Shown here: piece by piece, positions 36,901-44,993 of the stretch
How the letters are laid out: each line of letters begins with the position of its first letter
Position numbering within the stretch: position 1 is the first letter of the stretch
Assembly (NCBI GenBank): GCA_903870275.1
Contig: CAIQCK010000121.1
Coordinates: 192,461 to 256,460 of the forward strand
DNA length: 64,000 nt
Reading direction: 5' to 3'
DNA from: an uncultured bacterium
Lineage (GTDB): Bacteria; Verrucomicrobiota; Verrucomicrobiia; CAIQCK01
Made by a program: the position numbers and the translations under genes
The notes under the pieces: generated by a model
Told to the model about the DNA's origin: nothing
What the model saw: only the letters and a program-made list of their open reading frames with translations
The model's database searches: none

Positions 36901-37067
36901 TTGGAGCCGCAGCCGAGATGAACACAGAGGCCGATCTTGACGCCCGCGACTTCGAGGATTTGGTCCGCTTGCGTTTTGGCGGGCGCAGCGTTGGCATTGA
37001 GAGTCCACGCGAGAATCAGTCCAATGACGGACAGCAGTGACAGGAATTTTTGAGTCATGCGCATCAT
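33921..37067 (-). CDS. Paralog P4 (1048 aa). Secreted MTase-fold (degenerate motif I) plus PQQ-like beta-propeller multidomain protein, with an expanded IQNxKSK linker.
   Basis: Signal MMRMTQKFLSLLSVIGLILAWTLNANA. MTase fold 'GLCVHLGCGSKNNPALTADLA...LVHGLALDD...LPYLRDLANLVVIED'. The linker 'IQNLKSK...IQNSTPQLPTSNSEIQNPKSKIQNSVDWPLYRHDGERSG' is followed by the C-terminal propeller 'GKPLWRATVGGRLDSPPTIHGDLCLIGSHDGWVYALRARDGQLAWR'. Confidence 0.8.
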   Translation of the reverse strand: MMRMTQKFLSLLSVIGLILAWTLNANAAPAKTQADQILEVAGVKIGLCVHLGCGSKNNPALTADLAADSNLLVHGLALDDAALDRARKAIETRGIAGKAMVEKMPLVHLPYLRDLANLVVIEDWPALSAQGLTTAEVERIVAPGGAICVRKAGRWTRSVKPRPPEMDDWPQPAHSADGNRVSADRVVKFPSGLRWQDGLPMNFNMWAACRGWVIANGRCFTLSTTELENLAPASFAKHKQEQYVTARDAFNGLPLWKLNCETLDNGQALNAFNLAPIVADDRRVYVYKKDRLVGLDAASGAVAVSCPVKYQTVRLLLSQNVLISSGWEAKEELKQFERGVIWAPWVNKTGAAGAIEAFDAASGAAKWSLPVPAQEMVTADGVVYLLLQSGNPPTGQRIVAVDLQTGRERWRVEHTQFEPATPMNLNCAGLGMLSVARPKAKTISILSAADGKVLWEIKPAGRFWTPLVDGLLWHESKKYDPRTGEVKGLLPVSMDSPMCTPAAVVGNYVTASRGCSYLELAPSPEGATFKGSATHISYAAARGACIEGATPALGMFFTGQNFCRCAPGQVPGFVAFGPSGDPPAAGEFEKPRPIEPGPAFGAKFQIPDSKSQISNRQSPTSEIQNLKSKAESARPAKQIQNSTPQLPTSNSEIQNPKSKIQNSVDWPLYRHDGERSGATQSAIPEKLKLLWQREAARPPTGPLAAAWQAQLTSCLSAPVVANGMVFAAATDTAQVVALNAATGKPLWRATVGGRLDSPPTIHGDLCLIGSHDGWVYALRARDGQLAWRARIAPWERRMVAFGAMESVWPVPGSVLVHEGVLYASAGRSSETDGGLAVCALDPASGRQLWAREVGPGPVRENDLLVARDGSIKLHHLQFDPKTGEGDVAAKGERDAPLEALMDGSWTRMGTRRSGGQKFGRATAEIFCWNGNTVFGYESKSRSCYAMERAKTAGAGKLAREDYAWRQAMPANHQAEAMSLCDNAVVVAGTVCDAGAVSGFLALLSTKDGRIVAEYPLEMPPVYDSLALAGQHVFLTLQNGKALCFGKSE
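35080..35270 (-). repeat. Expanded, interrupted array of the heptanucleotide repeat (ttggatt on +, aatccaa on -) inside P4.
   Basis: On the + strand: gaattttggattttagattttggattttggatttcgg ... ggaattttggatttgc ... ctttggattttagattttggatttcggatgttgg ... gagatttgagatttggaatctggaatttgaaattt. Confidence 0.8.
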
Positions 37068-37129
37068 GTTCTCCGCTGAAGTTGTTTCCAAGATCCAGTT
37101 TCGGCGGCGAGCGTAGCAGCGCGCGGATG

Positions 37130-37324
37130 GAAGGCGAGGTTGAAATGGCCGACAGTGCACCCGTTTACGACCGCACCGAACTTCGCGTCTTCGCGCCTTC
37201 CCTGTTGAATTTTTCCGTCATGGGATTTTGAACAGGGAAGGCGCGAGGACGCGAAGACAGTCGGGGCGCTGAGGCCCCTTCCACATTCAAAACGAGCCTT
37301 TACGTTTCTCCGCGTTCTCTGCGG
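37130..37324. promoter_or_regulatory. Conserved non-coding element, copy B, in the divergent region between P4 (-) and the ROK kinase operon (+). It contains a perfect 17-bp inverted repeat.
   Basis: It has the same termini as copy A. Internally, 'gcgccttccctgttgaa' (37193-37209) pairs with 'ttgaacagggaaggcgc' (37228-37244), separated by an 18-nt loop. Confidence 0.5.
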
Positions 37325-37500
37325 TGAATTTCCGTATCCTCACCATCAGCGATCCATTCTTGGTTTTGGCCGGAGTCGGTGGTAATATAAATTTCTTGTC
37401 GCGCCGCTTCGACGCGACAGGTTGACGTTTTGCTGCGGGAAGCCGGTTTTGAGGAACGAGGCAAACTTGGTTGGTGTTGCGAGACTGAGGAGGACGAACG

Positions 37501-38508
37501 ATGAGTCACGGGAAGCAAAAACAGCATGTGGTCGGTGTGGACCTGGGCGGCACGAAAATCCTGGCGGCGGTGTTTGACGGGAACTTTCGCGTGTTGAGCC
37601 GTGAAAAGAAAAACACGCGGCCGGAGTTGGGCGTGGATGGCGTCATCGGGCGCGTGGCCGAGTGCGTCAACGAGGCGCTGGCGGCGGCGGCGGTCCCGCA
37701 CGCGGCCATCGCGGCCATCGGCATCGGCATCCCGGGGATGGTGGATCGGGAGCGGGGCCTGGTGCGCATTGCGCCGAATCTGAACTGGCATGAACTGCCG
37801 CTGGCGAGGCTGGCGGAGCGGCGGTTGCATTTTCCGGCGGCGCTGATCAACGACGTTCAGGCGGGCACGCTGGCGGTGAAGCATCAGGGCGCGGGCCGCA
37901 AGTTGCAAAACTTTGTCTGCATGTTCATCGGCACCGGCATCGGCGGCGGGATCGTTTTGAACAGCGAGCTTTATCGCGGCTCGAGCGGCATGAGCGGCGA
38001 GATCGGCCACATGGTGGTCGTGCCGGAGGACGGGCCGAAGTGCGGTTGCGGCAACCGCGGCTGTCTCGAGTCGGTCGCCAGCCGCAGCGCCATCGTGCGC
38101 CGCGTCGTGGCGGCGATCGAGAAGGGGCGCAAGAGCGTCGTGTCGGATTTGTGCGACGGCGACATGACGCGTGTCCGCAGCCGGATTCTGGCGGAGGCTT
38201 ACCGTGAGGGCGACAAGCTGGTGCGCCGGATCGTGGATGAGGCCGCCGACTACATCGGCATCGGCGCGGCGAATTTGATCAACATCCTCAACCCGCAGGC
38301 CGTCATTCTCGGCGGCGGGTTGATGCAGGCGCTCGGCGAGAAACTGTTGCCGCGCATCCGCAAGTCGGCGATGGCTCACGTCATCGGGGCCAATCCGGAG
38401 CGGGTGAAGATTCTCGACTCCGGTCTCGGTGACGACGCGGGCATCATCGGCGCCGGTCTTGCGGCGCGGGCCAAGGTGGCGACAGCGAAAGAACGATTTT
38501 TTCGCTGA
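37501..38508 (+). CDS. ROK-family sugar kinase (glucokinase-like).
   Basis: 'VVGVDLGGTKILAAV' phosphate-1 motif. ROK Zn motif 'CGCGNRGCLE'. 'ILGGGL'. Confidence 0.85.
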   Translation: MSHGKQKQHVVGVDLGGTKILAAVFDGNFRVLSREKKNTRPELGVDGVIGRVAECVNEALAAAAVPHAAIAAIGIGIPGMVDRERGLVRIAPNLNWHELPLARLAERRLHFPAALINDVQAGTLAVKHQGAGRKLQNFVCMFIGTGIGGGIVLNSELYRGSSGMSGEIGHMVVVPEDGPKCGCGNRGCLESVASRSAIVRRVVAAIEKGRKSVVSDLCDGDMTRVRSRILAEAYREGDKLVRRIVDEAADYIGIGAANLINILNPQAVILGGGLMQALGEKLLPRIRKSAMAHVIGANPERVKILDSGLGDDAGIIGAGLAARAKVATAKERFFR

Positions 38509-38555
38509 TGTAACATGATCGTAACAATGGCGTGAGAAGATGCGGGACACGGAGC

Positions 38556-40160
38556 ATGGACCAATCCATTAAAAAAATTGAGAAACCGGTTGTCGAGGGC
38601 GTGCGGTCGGTGGCGGTGATTGACATCGGCTCCACCGCCGTCCGGCTGAGCATCGCCGAGATCGGCGTGGACGGCACCTTGCGCCCGCTGGAATCGCTCC
38701 AGCGCGCGGTGCATTTGGGCAAGGACGCGTTCACGTCGGGCGTCATCCAGCCCTCCACGGCCGCCGAGGTCGTCAGCATTCTCCAGGCGTTCCGCCGGAC
38801 GATGAAGGAATACGGCATCACGCGCGACGACCAGATTCGCGCCGTGGCCACGAGCGCCGTGCGCGAGGCGGAGAACCGCGACGTGTTCCTCGACCGCCTC
38901 TACATGACCACGCAACTCAACGTCGAAGCCATCGAAGGCGCGGAGGAGAACCGGCTGACCTACATTGCCGTGCACGACCTGTTTCAAAAAGACGCCAAAC
39001 TGCGGAAAAGCGACGTGGCGATTGTGGAGGTGGGCGGCGGCAGCACGGAGTTGATTCTGGTGCGGGACGGCCTCATCTCCTTTGCGAACACCTACCGGCT
39101 CGGTTCGTTGCGGATGCGCGAAACGCTGGAAACGTATCGTGCGCCCGCCGACCGCGCGCGCGCGTTGCTGGGCCAGCACATCAAGCGCACCGTGGACCAG
39201 CTTCAAGGGACGCTGGCCGGCGCGGAGGTGTCGTATCTGATCGCCGTCTCCGGCGACGCGCGGTTTGCGGCGTCGCTGGTGGAGCCGGCGTGGGACAAGC
39301 AGGGCGTGGTGCGGATAGATTTCAAAACATTCGTCGGCGTGGTGAACCAGCTCGTGCCGGTTTCCGTGGACGAACTGGTGCGCAAGTATCACATCCCCTA
39401 CCAGGAGGCGGAGACGATTGGTCCGGCGCTGCTGGCGTATGAACATCTGGCGCGCGCGTTTCACGTGAAGCAAATCCTCGTGGCCGGCGCTTCGCAGCGC
39501 GACGGGCTGCTGAAGGAAATGGCCGTGCGCGGCGCGTGGACGTCGGAGTTTGCCGAGCAGGCGGTGCATTCGGCGACGTTGCTGGCGGAGAAATACGGCG
39601 TCAACGACGGCCACTCGCGGCACGTGAGCGAGATGTGTGTGAAGATGTTTCGCGAATTGCGGGCGGAGCACGGACTGGACGAGCGGTTCGAATTGTTGCT
39701 GCGCATCGCCGGTCTGTTGCACGAGGTGGGCGTGTTCGTCAGCGACCGCAGTCATCACAAGCACTCCATGTATCTGATCCTGAACAGCGATCTGTTCGGC
39801 CTGACGAGGAAAGAAATCACGCTCATCGCGCTGGTGGCGCGCTATCACCGCCGGGCGATGCCGCGCCCCTACCACACCGACTACACGTCGCTCGACCGGG
39901 ACAGCCGGCTGGTGGTGGCCAAACTGGCGGCGCTTTTGCGGGTGGCGGATTGCATGGACCGCAAACATTTGCAGGATTTGAAGACGGTTTCGTTCTCGCG
40001 GGAGAAGGACCAGTTTGTGATCACCGTCCACGACGCGGTGGACTTGACACTGGAACAACTGGCGCTCAAGGACAAAGCGAACCTGTTCGAGCAAATTTTT
40101 GGCGCGAAGGTGGTGTTGCGGTCGGCGCTGGACGCGGACGAGGCGGTGCCCCATGCCTGA
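38556..40160 (+). CDS. ppx: Ppx/GppA-family exopolyphosphatase (N-terminal ASKHA domains plus HD domain).
   Basis: 'VAVIDIGSTAVRLSIAE', 'EVGGGSTELI', and an HD-domain region 'LLHEVGVFVSDRSHHKHSMYLI'. An 8-bp overlap with ppk1. Confidence 0.85.
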   Translation: MDQSIKKIEKPVVEGVRSVAVIDIGSTAVRLSIAEIGVDGTLRPLESLQRAVHLGKDAFTSGVIQPSTAAEVVSILQAFRRTMKEYGITRDDQIRAVATSAVREAENRDVFLDRLYMTTQLNVEAIEGAEENRLTYIAVHDLFQKDAKLRKSDVAIVEVGGGSTELILVRDGLISFANTYRLGSLRMRETLETYRAPADRARALLGQHIKRTVDQLQGTLAGAEVSYLIAVSGDARFAASLVEPAWDKQGVVRIDFKTFVGVVNQLVPVSVDELVRKYHIPYQEAETIGPALLAYEHLARAFHVKQILVAGASQRDGLLKEMAVRGAWTSEFAEQAVHSATLLAEKYGVNDGHSRHVSEMCVKMFRELRAEHGLDERFELLLRIAGLLHEVGVFVSDRSHHKHSMYLILNSDLFGLTRKEITLIALVARYHRRAMPRPYHTDYTSLDRDSRLVVAKLAALLRVADCMDRKHLQDLKTVSFSREKDQFVITVHDAVDLTLEQLALKDKANLFEQIFGAKVVLRSALDADEAVPHA

Positions 40161-42270
40161 AACCGACATTCCGCTGCTGAACCGCGAACTGAGCTGGATC
40201 GAGTTCAACGCCCGCGTGCTGGAGGAGGCGCGCGACGCGGCGATGCCGTTGCTGGAACGGCTGAAATTCCTCGCCATCAGCGGCTCCAACCTCGACGAAT
40301 TCTTCATGGTGCGCGTCGGCGGGTTGCAGCAGTTGCTCGAAGAAGGCAAGAACACGCCCGATCCCTGCGGCCTCACGAGCGCACAACAACTGGCCGAAAT
40401 CGGCCGGCGCGCCCGGCAACTCGTGGCCGACCAATACGAGTGCCTGCTGAAAGAGTTGGAGCCGGCGCTGGCGGCGGCGGGCATCCGGCGCGCGCGCGTC
40501 GAGGGCTTGAGCGCGGAGCAACACGAGCATCTCGAACGCGTGTTCAACCGCGACCTTTATCCGGTCATCACGCCCATTGCGATTCACTCGCCCGAGACGT
40601 TTCCGTTGCTGCCCGGCCTCAGTGTCAACCTGCTCGTTCGGCTCGAACCGGCGCCAGACGCGCCGCAGGAGCAGCGGTTCGCGGTCATGCCCCTGCCGAA
40701 GACCCTGGCGCGGTTGATACCCGTGCCCGATGCGGCGAAATACACCTGCGTGCTGCTGGAGGACATGGTCGCGGCGTTTGTCACGCGGTTCTTTCCCGGC
40801 GAGGCGGTTGCCGAGTGCGTGCCGTTCCGCGTCACGCGCAACGCCGACCTGGCGGTTCGAGAAGACCAGGCCGGCGACCTGCTCGCGCACATGCGGGAAG
40901 TGCTGGACGCCCGCAAGCGCAGCAACTGCGTGCGGCTGGAGGCGGACGAGCGTATTTCCGAACCGAGCCTGGCGTATTTGAAAAGCACGCTCAAGGTTTC
41001 CGACGAGGAGATTTACAAGGTTCCCGGCCCGGTGGACCTGACGGTATTCTGGCCGGTGGTGCGGCTGCCTGGGTTCGACGCGCTCAAGGACACGCCCTGG
41101 CCGCCGCAGCCGTCGCCGGAGATTCCGCCCGACGCGGCGATGTTTGACATCATCGCGCGCAAGGACGTGCTGCTGTTTCATCCTTACCAGAGTTTCGAGC
41201 CGGTCTTGCGGCTGGTCGAGCAGGCGGCGGACGACCCGAACGTGCTGGCTATCAAACAGATTCTTTACCGCACCAACGAAAACAGCCGCATTGTCGCCGC
41301 GCTGGCCCGCGCGGCCAACCGCGGCAAGTTGGTGACGGCGTTGGTGGAACTGAAAGCGCGCTTTGACGAGGCGCGCAACATCGGGTGGGCCGAGGCGCTC
41401 GAGCACGCCGGCGTGCAGGTGATCTACGGACTGAAACGGCTGAAGGTTCACGCGAAGGTCTGCATCATCGTCCGCCGCGAGCCGGCCGGCATCCGGCGCT
41501 ACATGCATTTCAGCACCGGCAACTACAACGAGGTCACGGCGCGGCTTTACAGCGACGTTGGCCTGATGACGTGCAACGACGACCTTGCCGCCGACGCCAC
41601 AGCGTTTTTCAACGCCATCACGGGCTACTCGCAGCCGATCCTCTATCGCAAGATCGAGGCCGCCCCGCACGGTCTGCGGCCGCGATTGATCGCGCTGATC
41701 GAGAGCGAGATCGAACGCTGCAAGCAAGGGCAGAAGGCCCGCATCATGGCGAAGCTGAATGCCCTCGTGCATCGCGACGTCATCGAGGCGCTTTACCGCG
41801 CCTCGCAGGCCGGCGTGGAAGTCGAACTCAGCATCCGCGGCGTTTGCTGCCTTCGCCCCGGCGTGCCCGGCGTCAGCGAAAACATCATCGTCACCAGCGT
41901 TCTGGATCGCTTCCTCGAACACGGCCGCATTTTTTATTTCCACCACGGCGGCGAGGAACAGGTGTTCATCTCCAGCGCGGACTGGATGCCGCGCAACCTC
42001 GACCGGCGCGTGGAACTGCTCGTGCCCGTCGAGGACCCGGCGTGCCGCAGTCAACTGATCGCCATCCTGGAAACGTGCATGCAGGACACGGCCAAGGCGC
42101 GCCGGTTGTTGCCCGACGGCCGCTACGAGCGCGTGAAGCCGGCGCGTCGCGTCAAGCCGCTGCGGTCGCAGGAGGCGTTTTACCGGCAGGCGTGCAAAGC
42201 GGCGGAACAGGCGGAGAAGAACCTCTACATGGTCTTCGAGCCGCAACTGCCCGCGGCAGTGGAGAAATGA
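40153..42270 (+). CDS. ppk: Polyphosphate kinase 1.
   Basis: N-terminal 'LLNRELSWIEFNARVLEEA...LERLKFLAISGSNLDEFFMVRV'. Two PLD-like HKD halves ('LKVHAKVCIIVRRE', 'HGRIFYF...'). Length about 700 aa. Confidence 0.9.
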   Translation: MPETDIPLLNRELSWIEFNARVLEEARDAAMPLLERLKFLAISGSNLDEFFMVRVGGLQQLLEEGKNTPDPCGLTSAQQLAEIGRRARQLVADQYECLLKELEPALAAAGIRRARVEGLSAEQHEHLERVFNRDLYPVITPIAIHSPETFPLLPGLSVNLLVRLEPAPDAPQEQRFAVMPLPKTLARLIPVPDAAKYTCVLLEDMVAAFVTRFFPGEAVAECVPFRVTRNADLAVREDQAGDLLAHMREVLDARKRSNCVRLEADERISEPSLAYLKSTLKVSDEEIYKVPGPVDLTVFWPVVRLPGFDALKDTPWPPQPSPEIPPDAAMFDIIARKDVLLFHPYQSFEPVLRLVEQAADDPNVLAIKQILYRTNENSRIVAALARAANRGKLVTALVELKARFDEARNIGWAEALEHAGVQVIYGLKRLKVHAKVCIIVRREPAGIRRYMHFSTGNYNEVTARLYSDVGLMTCNDDLAADATAFFNAITGYSQPILYRKIEAAPHGLRPRLIALIESEIERCKQGQKARIMAKLNALVHRDVIEALYRASQAGVEVELSIRGVCCLRPGVPGVSENIIVTSVLDRFLEHGRIFYFHHGGEEQVFISSADWMPRNLDRRVELLVPVEDPACRSQLIAILETCMQDTAKARRLLPDGRYERVKPARRVKPLRSQEAFYRQACKAAEQAEKNLYMVFEPQLPAAVEK

Positions 42271-42273
42271 GCC

Positions 42274-43758
42274 ATGAGCGCCGCCCGCGGAGCAGCCAGG
42301 CTGTCGGTCGAGCAACTCTGCCGGAAATACGACAACGAAGATACGCACACCCGGCACGTCACCGCGATGGCGCTGCGGCTGTTTGACGGCGCAAGGCGCG
42401 CGTTGAAGCTCGCCGCCGGCGACCGCGCGATTCTCGAAATGGCCGGACGGCTTCACGACGTCGGCTACAGTGTCCATCCGTCCGATCACCGGCAACGCGG
42501 TGTTGGAATCGTCTTGCGCGAAGGGCTGAAAGGATTTTCCGATCCGGACCGCGATCTGATCGCGGCGGTGATGTTCCTTCATTCCGGCGATGCGCGGGCG
42601 GTGCGGCGCCACCGCTGGGTCCGGCGGTTGCCGCAGCCGCAGCGCGCCCTCCGTCTCGGCGCTTTGTTGCGCGTGGCCGACGGCTTGGATTACGGCCACC
42701 GCCAGGACGCCACGATCCAAACGGTGCGGGCCGAAGCCGGAGCTATTCGGGTCGCCGTCCGTTCCGGCCGTTTCCCGCACAACATCGCGCGCGCCAATCA
42801 GAAAGCCGATCTCTGGCGGCTGGTTTTTCCGATGGACATCGAACTGGCTTCCACTGAAGGCGGCGCGGGCGAGGAACCGGGTTTGATCCGGCCCGGCTTG
42901 GGTGTCGCGGAAGCCGCGCGGCGGTTGCTGGTGTTACAGGCGAAAACCATTTGGGTTAACATTTCCGGCGCGAAAGAGGGCGAGAGTGTCAAGCCGCTGC
43001 ATGACATCCGCGTGGCCGCCCGTCAGATGCGCGCCGTGTTGCGTGCGTTTCGCAAACTGCTAGAGAAAACATCCGCGCCAGGCCTCGACCTCGCGCTCCA
43101 GCGGCTGAGCCGCTCGCTGGGGCCGGCGCGCGACGCGGATGTCTGGGCCGTTCTTCTGACGAGCAGGGGAGTGCGGAAGCGGCTTGCAGACGAACCGGGT
43201 TGGGAGGCGTTCGTGCTTCATCATCTTCAGCGCCGGCGGCGGCAAGTGGCCGTGGTGCGGCGGTGCCTGAACCAACAGCAGACGGCGGCGCTCAAGCTCA
43301 AGTTTGGCCGGTTGCTGCGGGTTGAACTACCGCGGCTCGTCCGGACCGAGCCGGGCGGGACACTGGAAAAATTTGCGCGCCGGCAGCTTCGGAAGGAGTG
43401 GCGCCGGGCGCTTGCCCTCGCTTGCCTGCGCCATTCGAAGTCGCCCGACGACCTGCACCGCCTTCGCATCGCCCTGCGCCGCGTGCGCTATCTGGGAGTG
43501 TTTTTTGCGCCGGCGCTGGGCGCGACGGTTGAAAAGCTCGCCGAGCGCGTTCATGCCGCCGAGCGGTCACTGGCGCGCGTTCACGACACCGATGTGGGAT
43601 TGGCGCGTCTGGCGTCGGGCCGGCTGAAACCGCCGCGTGCATTGGTGTCGCTGCTCAAGCAACGCCGCCGTGAACATCTGGCTAAGCTGGATGTGACATG
43701 GCGTTGCTTAAGCCAGCCTGCCTTCCAACGGGCCGTCCGCCGCAAACTCAAGATGTAG
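42274..43758 (+). CDS. HD-domain (Ppx C-terminal-like) plus CHAD-domain protein.
   Basis: The N-terminus 'THTRHVTAMALRLFD...LEMAGRLHDVGY' resembles the Ppx HD domain. The C-terminal ~250 aa is helical and Arg/His-rich ('VHDIRVAARQMRAVLRAF...LHRLRIALRRVRYLGVFF'), typical of CHAD. It starts 4 bp after the ppk1 stop. Confidence 0.8.
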   Translation: MSAARGAARLSVEQLCRKYDNEDTHTRHVTAMALRLFDGARRALKLAAGDRAILEMAGRLHDVGYSVHPSDHRQRGVGIVLREGLKGFSDPDRDLIAAVMFLHSGDARAVRRHRWVRRLPQPQRALRLGALLRVADGLDYGHRQDATIQTVRAEAGAIRVAVRSGRFPHNIARANQKADLWRLVFPMDIELASTEGGAGEEPGLIRPGLGVAEAARRLLVLQAKTIWVNISGAKEGESVKPLHDIRVAARQMRAVLRAFRKLLEKTSAPGLDLALQRLSRSLGPARDADVWAVLLTSRGVRKRLADEPGWEAFVLHHLQRRRRQVAVVRRCLNQQQTAALKLKFGRLLRVELPRLVRTEPGGTLEKFARRQLRKEWRRALALACLRHSKSPDDLHRLRIALRRVRYLGVFFAPALGATVEKLAERVHAAERSLARVHDTDVGLARLASGRLKPPRALVSLLKQRRREHLAKLDVTWRCLSQPAFQRAVRRKLKM

Positions 43759-43873
43759 CCGCGGGCCATTTCGCCAGGCGGTGTTGTCGGGCGAATGCTG
43801 AATATGGTATGGTGAACGGTAGAGCTGTTGTTCGGGCGCGACCAGAACTGTCATTTGTGACCGGGAGACAACA

Positions 43874-44983
43874 ATGAAGGGCGAAGTCATTTACCTCTAC
43901 GCCTACGACATCGCCTACGAGGCGAACCTCGCCGAGATTGAAAAGAGAATGTCCGGCGCGGCGGAGCGGTTCCACCTCGGCCGGCTCAGGGACGCGCCGC
44001 GCGATTTTCCGGTTTACCAGCCGCTGGCGATCGAGATGGAGAAGGCACAACTGGAAACCGCCAACGGCCCACTGGTGCTTACGATCGCCGTCAAGTTGTT
44101 CGCGCTTGGCGCTGTCTCGGTGAAGGTGCGCGTGCCGGTCGCTTGCGAGCATATCACGGATCTCCTCGCGTTCCGCAACCTGAGTTTCAAGGACGGCACG
44201 ACGCTCGACGGCCGGGTGCAGGACATCGCGCAACGGTTGTTTGACGATTGGAAGCCGCTGCTCGACACGCCGGTGACGGCGTTGGAGGAGGCGGAAGTTT
44301 ACACCGTCTTCTGTCTCAACGCACCGGTGACGGGGACCGACGCCGGTGAACCCATGGAGCGGTGGCTGCAAAGCAACGAGCGCGAGGTGGCGGCGCTGCT
44401 CAGCGGCGAGACGGACGCGTCGCGGCTCAGCGGGCAGGAGGTGGAGGAGACGCTGAAGTATCGGTATTCCTACTACCAGAACGATCTGGCGGTGGTGGAT
44501 TGGGACACGGCGTTGTTGGTGGACACGCTGGAAGGCTACCAGGAAACGCTCTACGTGCTGGAGGTGGCCAATCTGCAACTTGAGGAGTTGAAGGTTTACG
44601 ACGCGAAGCTCGACCAGGTGCTGGACAAGGCGTATGACGATGTGGAGGTGGTGGCGCGGCCGCACGCGTTCCGCGCCCGCCAGCACGTGCTCAATGAGTT
44701 GCGCGGGATCAAGATGGATCTCGCGAAGGTGGCGGACGAGCTGTCGAACATCACGAAGTTCTTCGGTGACTGGCATCTGGCGCGGATCTACATGGGCTGC
44801 GCGGCGCGTTTCCACCTGTCGGAGTGGGAGGACAACGTGAACCAGAAACTGCGCGCGCTGGACGGCCTCTACACGATGTTGCAGCAGGACAGCACCAATC
44901 GCGTAATGATGGTGCTGGAGATTTCTATTGTTGCGCTGTTCGTCATAGACCTTATCATCATCGTCGTGCTGGGAGTGAAGTGA
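43874..44983 (+). CDS. Hypothetical protein with a C-terminal TM helix, possibly DUF155/RMD1-like.
   Basis: Length is 369 aa. The soluble N-terminal region ends in 'MMVLEISIVALFVIDLIIIVVLGVK'. The family assignment is tentative. Confidence 0.55.
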   Translation: MKGEVIYLYAYDIAYEANLAEIEKRMSGAAERFHLGRLRDAPRDFPVYQPLAIEMEKAQLETANGPLVLTIAVKLFALGAVSVKVRVPVACEHITDLLAFRNLSFKDGTTLDGRVQDIAQRLFDDWKPLLDTPVTALEEAEVYTVFCLNAPVTGTDAGEPMERWLQSNEREVAALLSGETDASRLSGQEVEETLKYRYSYYQNDLAVVDWDTALLVDTLEGYQETLYVLEVANLQLEELKVYDAKLDQVLDKAYDDVEVVARPHAFRARQHVLNELRGIKMDLAKVADELSNITKFFGDWHLARIYMGCAARFHLSEWEDNVNQKLRALDGLYTMLQQDSTNRVMMVLEISIVALFVIDLIIIVVLGVK

Positions 44984-44993
44984 GGACCTGACC

